64,000 bases of DNA, from NCBI RefSeq assembly GCF_009914755.1, contig NC_060925.1; one strand, 5' to 3'. Below the pieces are notes generated by a model. The model made no database searches, was not told the DNA's origin, and worked only from the letters and a program-made list of their open reading frames with translations. Both the position numbers and the translations under genes were made by a program. Positions 1 through 21,235 of the stretch are shown in pieces. Source of the DNA: the human T2T-CHM13v2.0 reference genome, Homo sapiens. Each line of letters begins with the position of its first letter. The first letter of the stretch is position 1.

Positions 1-160
1 AGCAGGAGGTGTGGGAGGGGGTGAGGTGGGAGAAGTGATTGGACCCAGGAGGTTGAGGCTGTCGTGAACTGTGATCTCGCTACTGGACAAAATTTACAAA
101 GAAACGCGACATACAAATTAGTATCTTCTCATCAAAGTTAACTACAAAAAGATCGTATCA

Positions 161-424
<264 letters not shown>

Positions 425-555
425 TTAGCAAAACTTAAAATCTGTAATAAAAAATGTTACTTGAAATTTTATCTTTATTCCTATTATAAACCAACAATCA
501 TTAATGGAATGGAAACCTTCCCACTTACTGGCACTTAGTTTCACAATTCACATCA

Positions 556-915
<360 letters not shown>

Positions 916-1275
916 CTATTCTCTTCCTTCATGTAAGAGTAAAGCAAACTCTTCCCAGTCCTAGCCTGGAGTATAATGTGTCCTTTGCCAAACAGCCATA
1001 ATATCTTATCTGTACCCCTCAAGCAGCCCTCACCAGGCTCTACTTTGCAATCCAGTTATTCACGTAAAGGTCTGTGATGCTAAGCTCTTTAAGGGTAGTC
1101 TCCACATGTTGTTTGTTTATGTATTTATTAATTGTCTTCAGTATCATCTATGGTACTTATACCTAGATAGTACTGGAAAAAAAGTTGAATAAATGAGCAC
1201 AGAAAGCTGTGCATATTTGCTTTAAGTTCTTTATTACAGTTGGATTAACACTACCACACTGAATATACTGAATTA

Positions 1276-1629
<354 letters not shown>

Positions 1630-2116
1630 CTAGTGATGGCTAAAGGAAAGACTAATAGCATAAAAATTATGCCTCTTCATCACTGCTGGAAAATTACATT
1701 GAACAGGGATTCAGGTGATACCTGTCAATGCCCTGCTTGAATCCCATCTTCTCCAAGGAGATTTCCTCAGCAAAGCCAGGTAAACATGACTCTTCTTCCT
1801 TCTAAATTCCTTTAATGCTACTCCACTTACTTTCTTGTATTAAATCAACATAAAATATAGTCCATACCTCCGGGGCCAGGACTGCTTCTATGAATAACTA
1901 TTTGAACTAAAACCTAGTAAATGCATAAGTACCAGTTGAATACATAAATTATAGAGAGATCGATAAATAAGAGCAAGGGAAGAATAAAGTGATTTTGACA
2001 AGAGCTGCTCATTTTGGAGACGGCACTTTTTCATTTCACTTACAAACCTACGCTAGGGGAATAACACAACTTCTAAAAATGATGGGTCATTAGAAATATA
2101 TTTTGAACAACTGTTA

Positions 2117-2245
<129 letters not shown>

Positions 2246-2339
2246 TTAATGTGTTATCACATGCAAAAGGTGATGGATCACAGTATTTCTGAAGATAATT
2301 TAAGACAGCAAAGTAAATTAGTAAGAAAAAATACTCAGG

Positions 2340-3055
<716 letters not shown>

Positions 3056-3248
3056 ACCAACTAAAAAATTGCAAAGATACAAACACATCTTCCCAAATGA
3101 AAGGTTTATTATTCTACCAAATAGAAACTCAAGATTATAGAAATTTATTAATAGGCACCAGGCTAACATTCAAAATACTCATTAGCTGATTAATAATAAA
3201 ATGACATTTTTCTAACTTTTTTGGGATTAACAAATGTCTACAACCTTA

Positions 3249-3497
<249 letters not shown>

Positions 3498-4369
3498 TTA
3501 CAACAAAAATTATGGTGATGGGTAACAACTACCCAGTGAGTTTTACTCATTAAGCCATATCCTCAGACCTATAGATGGAGGAAAATTTATTGGCAGTTGA
3601 TGGTAAAAATAAATTCAAAAATCAAGAAAAGTCACATCTCCTAACTTTTAAAAGTCAGAGTGCCCAAATAAGTCTTATAAACAGGCAAATTCTGGATTGT
3701 TACTGAGATTTTTATTTAAGCGATGATATTTTTTATTATAGCTACTCTGCTCAGTGCATCTTTAAATAGCACTAGGTTACAGATGACCTCACTTTACAAT
3801 GTAATACCCCAAACTAATGAACTAATAGACTAAAATAATGACCTCAAAAAGTGAACTTGCTAATTTCTTTCTTTGAGGAATTCCCCTTCTTCAGACATAA
3901 CAGAAACATTTGTAGAACAGAAGTAAGCAACATAAGAGAATGAACTAAATACATAACTTCTAACTCTTCCTTTGTCATTAATTAATACATGGAGATAACA
4001 GTGCAAAAATACCATCAGGCACTGAAACTCCTGTTTCAAGTTCAAGTCTGCACTTAAGCTTTCCCCCCATTATTTAGAGTTTGCATAGCAATGGACACTC
4101 AGAGATAAGAGGAAAGAAAAATCAGATTAGCTGCCCTCAAGGACCTCACAAACTGGCTGAAGGAACAAGTTATATAGGCACAGATAAAACATGACCCAAA
4201 CAAAATCCCTCCCTTTTGCAAACCTTGTTCTTCCTTTTGCATTTCTGATGTTAGCCAAAGGCATCCTAACAGCCCAGGCAAGAAATCTTTAGCACATTTA
4301 ATTTATAAGCTTAAGTGTAAGAATATTTTACATTGTTAACATGAAAAACACAATGAAAGCCTATATAAT

Positions 4370-4731
<362 letters not shown>

Positions 4732-6508
4732 TTATCATGTATATATTCAGTGATTTCAAATATTGCTCATATGCCGTGTCAACATAGTCTGTTCCTTAAG
4801 CAGTGAGCTCTGCTTTTCCAGAGCCCTGGGAGGTACAAGGCCTTCCCAAACTGGAGACAGAGTCAAAGTGGAGAGCGCACCCTCAGGCAGCTCTGTATTG
4901 TTTTACTTTCTATCAGGGCTGCCAAGTCAAAATATCGTTCTATATGGCCCACCAATCAGAGATTGATTTTGGTTAACCAGCTCGTCCCAAAACACAAATA
5001 CTCCTTAGACAGGTAACTTGTCACCCCCAAGTGGAAGGACAGGTAAAAAGAAAGAAAAACTACTATATGCATATAGCTATTGTATTCTCTTTTCATGATC
5101 ATTATGACACGGGAGAAAACCTTTATAACTACACCCCAGAGAAGCTAAAGACCAACGAACATCATGAGAAATGAAGATAAATAGTGACAGGAACAGTCCT
5201 AAACATTACCATTTTTCATATGGAACATTCTTTTGAGGAGCCAATCACATTTTTAGTTTTGCTGTATCATATTCCTAAAATATTATTCTATATGTATCCA
5301 ACTGATAATTTCCAGACCCTTCTCCAATAATTCAGCTAACTGAAACATGTACATACACTAAATTGACACTTATACTTTGCCCTTTGATCCAAATGCAGAA
5401 TAATGAACCAGGCTCTTGCTCAGTTCTTACAAGTAGTCTGTAATTAATTTTAAAAAATTGTCTTATCATATAAAATTATATATGAATAAAGACCAAAAAG
5501 GACACAAAAATGACAACAACTTGATTTGTTAGATCATGAAACTTGAGGTGATTTGTTTTTCTTTCAGATTTCTGGCATACTGTCTAGATTAAAAACAAAA
5601 CATAACAAAGTGCTTTTCCTTCCATTCCCCAGGAACTAACCCAAATGCATAAAAGCAAATAATTCACACTAAACACATTTATGGAATCAACAGGAAGACT
5701 GAATTTAGGTTATAGTACATCAAACTTAGGTTACAGTACATCAAACATTAAGAAAAAGAGACTTGTCGGCACAGTGTGCTACATGTTAGAATACAGCTAG
5801 GCTATAGGAGGAAGGAAGCAAAATTTGAGACACCAAATAGAGTTTGAAGTTCCTCAAATGCATAAGGAATTCCAAATTTCACAGAGCTCAGGGAAGAGCT
5901 GGCCCTGTTTCTAAAACCAGATAGTTCTGCAGTCTCAGTTAAGACAACAGGTCTAAGTTCTAATGTCACACCTTTAAAGGGAGACAGCGAAGTCTGCCTT
6001 GCTGCCTCATCAGGCTGTGAAGCTTCACAAAAGCACGAGGACTGCGTCACTATTTCCACAATGTCCAGCTGCCACTGGCTGCCCAGCATCTTAACCATTT
6101 CTGTCTTTGAAGTTTGTAGCAGACTTTACTTTTTCTCTGAAAATAAATCTGATTCTACAAGCAAGGTGTAGCAACAGGATCCTAGGAGGTAGCTGAGGAG
6201 TTCAGTGAAGGTACTGTTTGCAAAGGTGTGGGCAAGATTAAGGGGTCCAAAAAGGGATGGGGCAGCACCCTAGGATGAGGCATTATCAACCTCAGGCCTG
6301 AAGAGGCACAAGGAGGGGGCAGCTACTGGAAACACAGAGAAAGCAGTTGGACAGGAGGCACAGTCCCTGACAGAGGGGCACAGCCAATGTAAAGTGCGCA
6401 CAGGCAAGGAAGAAAGCTGGCAGAATAACTACTCCAACTTCTGGCCTTATGGCAGGGCCTCACATTCATCTGACCTGGCAGAAGCCGGAGGGCAAGGGAG
6501 CCCATTCA

Positions 6509-7020
<512 letters not shown>

Positions 7021-7292
7021 AGAAGATCAGCATGCAAAGCAAATAGGTACTTGGAGACAGTTATTGGGGGAAAAAAGTAAACAGGGAGCACTTCTTAGTC
7101 AACTTTGCAAACTCTTCTTTACAGGTAACTGATCAATGAGACTTCTGAGTGACACTCTAGCCAGAAAATCTGGAGTCCAATTTAAAATTTCAGTGAGATC
7201 TTTTGTGATTTAACTCGTCCTCACCGTCTTTCCTGCCTAGGGCATGATCACTAAATGGCACAGTTCTACAAAGCCACATGAAAGAGGACTCA

Positions 7293-7559
<267 letters not shown>

Positions 7560-7845
7560 TTATGGTAACATGCAAAATACCATAGCTGTATTTTCCCCAG
7601 AAGCACCCTGGGCAGTCACTGGCCCCAGCTTTCCCCCAGCAAGTCCCTCCAGCTGTCTCTTGTTTTAACTGTTTCTAACACACAGACACTTCAGCCAGGC
7701 CATTAACACCCACAAGGAAATGTAGATATTCCTGTTCTAAGAACAGGGTCACTCCAGGGCTTCTGTCCACTACTACTGTCTCTGCATATCATGTTTCCCA
7801 AATTATTGTTTATGGTTATCAAAACAGTCACACTGCTCTTTTCGT

Positions 7846-8134
7846 CTTTTTTGAGACAGGGTTTTGCTCTGTCGCCCAGGCTGGAGTGCAGTGGTACAAT
7901 CACAATCACAGGTCACCCTAACCTTAAACCCTCAGCTCAAGCCATCTTCCACCTCAGCCTCCCAAGCAGCACGCCACCACAACAGGATAATTTTTACACT
8001 TTATTTTTGTAGAGATGGGGTCTCACTATGTTGCCCAGGCTGATCTTGGCCACAAGATCTCCTGGCCACAAGCGAGCCTACTGACTCGGCCTCTCAAAGC
8101 ACTGGAATTACAGGTGTGAACCACTGCACCTGGC
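7846..8134 (-). mobile_element. AluJ-like
   Basis: Reverse Alu; TSD TCACACTGC. Confidence 0.9.
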
Positions 8135-8756
8135 TTCACACTGCCCTTTACTAGCTGTATCAATTAACTCCCCTAGGTTCCAGACTTTCAGAAATCAGAA
8201 ACTCAGCAACCTCCACCTTCAAGGACTGATTTCCATACCCCTAATGCTGCTGGGAGGGTGGGGGTGTCTCTAACCCTTTGCATCTTCTACTGAGTTGCTT
8301 GGTGCCCATCTGTCCTGTGTTATGATCTTCTAGGGGTTTTCCTAAGCTTTCTCATTGCATATGACATTACAATAACCTGAACTAGGAAAGAGCCAAAAGA
8401 CAGGCATAAATAATGAATACTTTTTCACATTTTAAGTATAATTCTCTTTCGTTAATAAGTGACCTGATTTTCTTATCATTCATTTTCTATATGCTTTTGT
8501 AGTATTTACATGCTAGGAGATATCTTTTTATAACACAAAAGGGGTCACACTGTATATATTGTTCTGTACCTTGTTTTGATAGTATCTTATTTTTTATAAC
8601 ACATTTAGATATTCTTATTTTTAATGACTGGTTAATAATTCACTGAATCCTAATGTATTTAACCTGTTCACCTTATTATTTTAAAATAAGAGTTACATGG
8701 TCTTTCCTGACTTGAATTTATTTCCTGGTTCCCTCAAAAATATTTTAGGTGTAATC

Positions 8757-9057
<301 letters not shown>

Positions 9058-9159
9058 CTAGGTGGAGTTTTCATGCAAGGTCATCCCAATTGCCTGCTTT
9101 ACTTTGCTTTGATTGCAGCACTGACAGTGAAGCAATGGCTCTAGATTAAAACTATTCTA

Positions 9160-9419
9160 GGCCAGGCACAGTGGCTCACACCTGTAATCCCAGCACTTTG
9201 GGAGGCAGAAGCAGGCGATCACCTGGGTAATGTGTACAAAAAATACAAAAAGTAGCTGACTTGGTGGCACATGCCTGTAGTCCCAGCTACTTGGGAGGCT
9301 GAGATGGGAAGATCACCTGAGCCCGGACAGGCTGTAGCTACAGTGAGCTATGATCATGCCACTGCACTCCAGCCTGGGTGACAGAGTGAGACCCTGTCTC
9401 AAAAAAATTAAAAAACTAA

Positions 9420-9420
<1 letters not shown>
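9160..9420 (+). mobile_element. AluJ-like with internal deletion
   Basis: Alu motifs; tail runs into (TA)n. Confidence 0.88.

Positions 9421-9481
<61 letters not shown>
9420..9481. repeat. (TA)n microsatellite, ~27 uninterrupted units
   Basis: Direct reading. Confidence 0.97.
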
Positions 9482-9486
<5 letters not shown>

Positions 9487-9723
9487 ATCATTCTAGTCAC
9501 ACAGTGAATATGATCAGATTACCTCCCTGCTTCTGTAAGGTATGGAAACACAATGTATGAACACAGAGGCTTCCCTCAACATCAGAAAACTAGAGGCAAG
9601 GGTACTGTTCTGAAGTGTTGGTGTTACTTCCACCCCCTTCAGAATGAGGATATGGCCCTGCAGATGCCAAGTTTGGCTCAAGGAGAAAAGGAATATTTCT
9701 CTGTATTCAGAAATATTCCCTAG

Positions 9724-10718
<995 letters not shown>

Positions 10719-10719
10719 T

Positions 10720-11090
10720 CATCCCAGCTGTCCTTGTGACTTGCTTTGACCAATGTCACTTTACTGGAAGTAACATTATGTGACATCTGAGATGAGCCCT
10801 TAAGAAGCCTACAGCTTCTATGTTCATCTGTTAAGACCACAGGAAGCCAGTCCAGCCCAGAGCAGGATGAGCGACTAAATGGAGGAGAACCACATAGCCT
10901 CTGTTGACAGTTGGAACCAACTGCCAGAAAGCGGGAAGAGGCTTGCAGACCCTCCAGCTCAGTGCATCCTAAATGCAGGTCGAGTGATTCCGGGTGAAAC
11001 CAACAGAAGAACTGCCTGATTAACCCACAGAATTGTTTTAAGCCACTGTGTTTTGGGGTGGTTTATATGGCAGTAATAGTTAACTGATAC
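10720..11090 (+). mobile_element. MLT1-type MaLR LTR fragment
   Basis: TGTGACTTGCTTTGACCAAT ... TTTTAAGCCACTGTGTTTTGGGGTGGTTT...TAACTGATACA end. Confidence 0.7.
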
Positions 11091-11304
11091 ACTTGGCTAA
11101 TTAAACGACCATATCGGGAGAAAATATGTTTTTTCCTCATTAATCCATATCCCACCTAAAATAACAATAACAAAAAAAGAGAGACTCAATGAATGATTGG
11201 AGTTTTCTTGCCAAGAAAATAAAAGAGTAGACAGGAGATAAACCATGCACAAAATTGAAAAAGAATGTGGGATTAGGAACAATCAAGTCATTTCTGAAAT
11301 TATC

Positions 11305-11452
11305 TAGTGCTGCACTGTCCAATAAGGTAGCCACTGTCCACAGTGGCTATTTAAGTAAGTTAAAATTCAGTTCTTCAGTTGCTAGTCACATTTCAACTGT
11401 TCAGGTCACATGTGGCCAGCAGCTGTCCCACTAGACATCACACTAGGAGAAC
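11305..11452. mobile_element. MER3/MER33-like hAT MITE
   Basis: Inverted ends CTGTCCAAT ... ATTGGACAG. Confidence 0.65.
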
Positions 11453-11576
11453 ATTCCCATGATCACAGAAAGCAATGGATTGGACAGCACTCACTAGAAT
11501 CTCCTTAACATAAAAAATTAGCCGGGTGTGGTAGTGAGTAGGCACTACTGAGTTTGAAAAACAATCAGGGAAGAGA

Positions 11577-14226
<2,650 letters not shown>

Positions 14227-14294
14227 TTAAAAAATATTGAATTAATATTAAATTGTTTGAGAAGCTAAAAAATATGCTTTAAGAGATGCTTCTA

Positions 14295-14561
<267 letters not shown>

Positions 14562-14587
14562 TCAAAACTCACCAAGAAAAAATTAAT

Positions 14588-14912
14588 TATGGACTACTAT
14601 TCAGCCAAAAAAAAGAATGCGATCCTGTCATTCGCAACAGTAGGGATGGAACTGGAGGACATGTTAAGTGAAATAAGTCAGGCACGAAAGACATGTAACA
14701 AACTTTACATGTTCAATAATTTAGTGTACATTTTAAAGTAACTAAGAGCATAATTAGAATGTTCACAACATACAAAAAAGATGAATGCTTGAGGTGACGG
14801 ATATCCCATTTACCCTGATGTGATTATTACGCATTGTATGCCCGTATGAAAATATCTCATGTACCCCACAAACGTATACACCTACTATGTACCCATAAAA
14901 ATAAAAAAAAAA
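14588..14912 (+). mobile_element. L1MA-type LINE-1 3' end
   Basis: ATGGACTACTATTCAGCC...GGATGGAACTGGAGG...CTATGTACCCATAAAAATAAAA. Confidence 0.85.
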
Positions 14913-15739
14913 TTTTAAGTTAATTGTGAAGTTAAATGTAACCTAAAAACCATTTATAGGTTTTGGCTCAAAGTTACTTTTAATAAAATTTATTTAATTA
15001 AAAGGGAGAAAACTATTATCCATTCATTAATTCAATAAATACACATTGAATACTTAGAACATGCTCGGCTCTGGACACAGAAAGATAAAAAGACTTAAAA
15101 ATAGTCCAGACAATTGAGCAAGCAATGACACAGGTGATAAACACCGAGAGAGACAGGGAAAACTTCCTAACAGGTAAAGAGGAGGTCATGGAAGGCTGGG
15201 GAGAACTGGGGGAGGGGTATACAGCTGCACACAGAACATACATCCACATCCGTCCGCAAGTAAGCCTCTATCTCAGGAGAGAACTGAGGCTACGGGAGAG
15301 GCTGAGATCACCCAGGGAGCAAGAGTTTGGAAAAAACTTGCAGGATAACCAATTAAAGGAAGGGTAAGCCCATAAAAAGCAGCAGACTCTTCTAACTTAG
15401 AGAGATTAGGGGACAACTAGGGTGTCAATGAACCCACCAGGGGATTAACTATGGCACACATGAAGAAATGAGGGATACTGAGAAGGGATGAATCACAAAA
15501 TTAGAGGACACGGTCTTGTAAACCATGTTATGGGGTTTGAACCTAATACCAAGGACAATGGACAGGCACTGTAAAGGAGTGTCACAGTCTGTTCCAGTGT
15601 CCCAAAAGATTGCTCTATCATATGGAGAGGGGATCAGATGTCAGATCAGACAAGAGAAAAATCCAGTTAGGAGGTTACTGCAGAAAGGAAAAGACAGGAA
15701 AGAGAAAAATCCAGTTAGGTTACTGCTGGATCTGATGTA

Positions 15740-16314
15740 CAGTAGTCCCCTCTTATTCATGGTTTCACTTCCCACAGTCACAGTTACCTGCAGTCAACTG
15801 CAGTCTGAAAACAGATGACAGAGACAGAGAGAGAGAGAGAGACCAACCACACTCACATATTTTTATTACAGTACAGTCATCTCTCAGTATACACAGGGGA
15901 TTAGTTACAGGACCCCCAACATACACCAAAATCCACCCATATTCAAGTCCTGCAGCTGGCTCTGTGGAGCTCCAGCATACAAAAAGGCGACCTTCTGCAT
16001 AAGCAAGTGAATTTCTGATCCGCATTTGGTTGAAAACATGCTGTGAATTTTTGATCCGCATTTGGTTGAAAACAGCCTGCATATTATGTAGACCCACACA
16101 GTTCAAAGCCGTGTTGTTCAAAGGTCAATTGTATATTGTTACGGTTGTTTTATTACTATTGTTCTTAATCTCTTAGGATGCCCAATTTATAAATTAAACT
16201 TCATCATAGGTACTATAGGAAAAACGTATATATATGATTCAGTACTATATGCAATTTCAGGTATCCACTGGGGGTCTTAAGACATATCCCCCTGTGGGTA
16301 AGGGGGAACAACTG
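15740..16314 (+). mobile_element. MER44A (Tigger-family MITE)
   Basis: TIRs CAGTAGTCCCCTCTTAT ... TAAGGGGGAACAACTG; TA TSD on both sides. Confidence 0.85.
15874..16131 (+). mobile_element. MER8 (Tigger-family MITE) nested in MER44A
   Basis: CAGTCATCTCTCAGTATAC...GTTCAAAGGTCAATTG; TA TSD; host sequence resumes afterwards. Confidence 0.8.
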
Positions 16315-17349
16315 TATAAGAATGACTCCTCTGTTGTTGCTTTGAACTGAAGAGATGGTAGTGCTTGTCACTGGAGCAGGGGGTAAGGATGGAAGAATAA
16401 GCTTTGGAGAAGATAAGCTCGGTTTTGGATACGTTGAAACTCAAGTGCCTATGAAATATGTACTGCTGCTGGACACTCTCCATTTTCACATAATGGCCCG
16501 GGTCATGGTACATCTGTTTCTTCAGCAAATGAAGCCAAGGAGGAGAAAAGATCACCGAGGGAGTAGACAGAGAGGGAATGTGGTCGACAACTGAGAATGT
16601 AGACATCCTTTCAGGTGGTTTAGCCATCAACAGGAACAAACAGATAAGGTGGTAACTCAAAGGACGCAAAGTCAAAGACTGGTCTTTTTACAAATGGCAG
16701 ACTAAATATGATTAATTGCTGATGAGAAGGAGCCAGCACGAGAAAGGTCAAAGGACAGAGGAAAGGGAGAACTGAAAGGATGTAGTCTTAAGTGAAGCAG
16801 GAGAGAGTGGCCTTCAAAACAAAGAGCAGTCTCTGATAGGAAGAAGAGTACACTTCCTACTTTATTGGGAGGGAAAGAGGAACAGGATTTGGGATCCAGA
16901 TACATTCATAGCTAGTAAGCTAGGAGGTACAGGGAGCTCTTATCAAGGGCTTCTGTGATCTCTGTGAAGTAGGAAGTTAAGTCCTCTGCTAAGTCTGAGG
17001 GAAGTGGGAGGAGACTGGAAAAGGGCTGTCATGGTCCCTTGGTAGAACAGGAGACACAGCTGACTGGAGAAACGCAGAAAAACTCTTGAAAGCGTGAAAG
17101 GCCAGGGTGAAGCTGGTGACCCAGTCACGCTACAGGTTATGAAAATACAAAGGTGACTATGGCAAGATTTAATAAAAAATTACAGAAAAAGTTCCCCAAA
17201 ACTCTCATGAACAAAAGATTTAGTGTTTTTTGGGCTAAATAAAATGAAAACCAAAATAACATAAAAATCAATTTCAAAGAAATGATGCTATAAAAACAGT
17301 AATATTACCTTAGCAAAAGATTAAACAGACAGTCACACTTAAAAGTGTT

Positions 17350-17782
17350 ATCTACCAATTGTGACCCCAGGGGCCATCTGGCAATGTCTGACGATAACTT
17401 TGGGCATCACAAGTTGGGGGAAAGGGTGCTAATGGCATCTAGCAGGAAGTGGCTGGTGATGCTGTTAAACAGCTTACAATGCACCGCTGGAGTGCGGTGA
17501 CGGGATCTCGGCTCACTACAACCTCCGCCACCTGGGTTCAAGCGATTCTCCTGCCTCAGTCTCCTGAGTAGCTGAGATTACAGGCATGTGCCACCACACC
17601 CAGCTATTTTTTTTTTTTTTTTTTTTAAGAAGAGACAAGGTTTCACCATGTTGGTCAGGCTGGTCTCGAAGTCCTGATCTCAAATGATCTGCCTGCCTCG
17701 GCCTCCAAAGTACTGGGATTACAGGTGTGAACCATCACACCCGGCCTCAAATGACAATGTTAACGGGGTTGAGAAATCCAGC
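17350..17782. mobile_element. MER20 interrupted by a tailless minus-strand Alu (17486-17746)
   Basis: CCCCAGGGGCCATCTGGCAATGTCTG ... GGTTGAGAAATCCAG; reverse Alu body between the two parts. Confidence 0.75.
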
Positions 17783-18029
17783 TTTAAAGGCACCACAATT
17801 CTGTTTGTAAGGAGTCTACATCTTTAAGAGAGCTAGCTGACACTCCCCCAGAAATCATCCCTTATTAAGTCCATAGTACTTCACCCATGTTGGGCAGGAT
17901 GAGTTCAGCACAGCTGTGCTACAGGGCCCATGACACTGTTCCTGAGGGTACTGCTTGCTCAGGACTTAGATCAGGGGTCCCTTCTTGTGCCTAATAATTT
18001 TCCCCTGTAAAACATCTTAAGATGACTAC

Positions 18030-18728
<699 letters not shown>

Positions 18729-19855
18729 TGACTGGTCACTTGCTGCATTATCATTTACATTTTGAGATGCCACAAATGTGACAGAATTTTAATTACAGGA
18801 TAAACTTGTGAAAGATAAAAACACAGTACTTCAACTGAGATTTTTGAAGACTGAACCATGTAAAAGAACAAGATTAAAAGAATATAATTTTAAACAGAAA
18901 CAAAAAACTTGCCTAATGGTGCCCCCTTCTGGTGACAAACTAAGCTCAGTAGATCACGAGGTACAGAATGTTAGAACTGTAAAAGCACTTTGGAATCTGT
19001 TGTCTCTGTGAGTGAGCCGCTATGCATCAGACACCAGTATGAGTGGGATTATGGAACCATGGGCTCAGAACTGGGGGAAATGAAGGTAGTACACTCAGTA
19101 TATTCCTTCAAAACAAAGATCTGACGATAAACTAATGATCCTTTAGCCATGCTAACTCCCACCCCACTCAATACTTCGAAAAGGAAGAAACAGAAACACA
19201 ATGGCAGAAATGTTCAGCATCTGTCCAAAGTTTCCCACAGCTAACAAGGGGCAGAGCAGGGGGGCTGGATCACCATTTTCCTGAGTATTTATTCAAATGT
19301 GAATTTGCCATACCTTTTAAGGAAAGTACCAGAATACATGAGCAGAATACATGTCTAAGATAAACTGAAATCTGCATTTGCCTTAAACCCAGAAGAGTAT
19401 TAGAGCAGCAAGTGTGACCAAGTGAGGACAATCACTCCCCACCCCATACGCGCATCTGCTTAGGCACGCTCTCACTACAGCTGGACTTGCTCTGGCCAAC
19501 AGGACACTAGCAAACGCCATCCAAGCAAAGACTTAAAGAGTGTGCACTGACACTTGTTCTCTTGCCACTCTAGAACCCTGTGATACATGAATAAGCCCAG
19601 GGCAGCCTGCTAGTTGAGGAGACATCACAGGAATAGAGAGTGAGCTGGCCAGCCTATGGCCCAGAAATGTGAGTACGGTAAAGAGCAGCCAGCCCAGCTG
19701 CAGACCAAAATGAGTGAGCCTACTCCGAAAAGTAAAACTGCCCCGAGTCCAGCCCCAACAGTCAAACTGCAGAATTGTCAGCTATGTTAAATGAGTCACT
19801 AAGGTTTGTGGTGATTTTGCGTAAAGCAAAACTCAACTAATAGGCCAGGTCTAAT

Positions 19856-20154
19856 TCTTTTGCTTTTTTTGAGACAGGGACTTGATCTGTCACTGAGGCT
19901 AGAATGCAGTGGTGTGATTATGGCTCACAGTAGACTTGGCCTCCCGGGCTCATATGATCCTCCCAACTCAGCCTCTGAGTAGCTGGGACTAGAGGCGTGC
20001 ATCACCATGCCCGGCTAATTATTTTTAAAATTTTTCTTTGTAGAGATGAGGTCTATGTTGTCCAGACTGGTCTCGAACTTCCGGGCTCAAGAGATCCTTC
20101 TGCCTCAGCCTCCCAAAGTGCTGGAATTACAGGTGTGAGCCACCACACCAGGCC
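19856..20154 (-). mobile_element. AluJ-like
   Basis: Reverse Alu; TSD TAATTCTTT. Confidence 0.9.
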
Positions 20155-20190
20155 ATAATTCTTTAATATTACCAATAAAACTTTGCATGC

Positions 20191-20500
<310 letters not shown>

Positions 20501-20808
20501 TTAACGTTATACGTAAAAGACCCTTGCAAGATGTCTTCATGATCACCATTTTTAATGGTACATTGTTTTTCATGAAGTGGAGAGAGTATGTTAGAGCCCA
20601 TGTTTTTTCCCTAACCTAGCTAGCTGGAACCCTCCCATGGCTACTAAGTTCAGAAGAACAGTTTATTAAAGTGCTAAAGCTCAAAAAAACATTCTCCTCT
20701 TGATAGCATCATTCCTCCAACTTGCTCCCACCAGTCAATAAGTAGCACATGTCAGTAAAACATATCCTCACACATAAAATAATCCATAATTTAAAAAACA
20801 TGTTATAC

Positions 20809-20900
20809 CTGCAGTATTGCAGAAAGGCAGCTTTCAGCAACTTGATTTTATCTTCCTGGGCTATAGTTTCATTCTTTGTAGTGGTCTCAAAAATCATACT
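20809..20900 (-). CDS. NUP133: NUP133 exon 12 (92 nt)
   Basis: TTGCAG|; [31 protein letters not shown]; CAG|GTATAA. Confidence 0.95.
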
Positions 20901-21029
20901 CTGCAAAATAACAAAGTATAGTTTAGAGGTAAAGGCATCTGAATATTCTTAATTATTGGACTAAAAACTGCACCCATCCTATGATAGCAACTCCGCATAT
21001 ACACGAGCTGTTTGCCGTATTGTCTGTAC

Positions 21030-21235
21030 CAGGGGTGTCCAATCTTTTGGCTTCCTTGGGCCACACTGGAAGAATCGTCTTGGCCCACACATAAAATACA
21101 CTAACATTAATGATAGCTGATGAGTTAAAAAAAAAAAAATTTATGTTTCAAGCAAGTTTACGAATTTGTGTTGGGCTGCATTCAAAGCCATCCTGGGCCG
21201 CATGCAGCCCATGGGTTGTGGGTTGGACAAGCTTG
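21030..21235 (+). mobile_element. MER30 (hAT-Charlie MITE)
   Basis: CAGGGGTGTCCAATC...GGTTGGACAAGCTTG; 8-bp TSD GTCTGTAC/GTCCATAC. Confidence 0.88.

Larger units (their letters stand above)
15018..16700 (-). mobile_element. Degenerate L2 fragments interrupted by MER44A/MER8
   Basis: ATTCATTAATTCAATAAATAC..TTGAATACTT L2-type terminus; purine-rich L2-like body. Confidence 0.55.
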
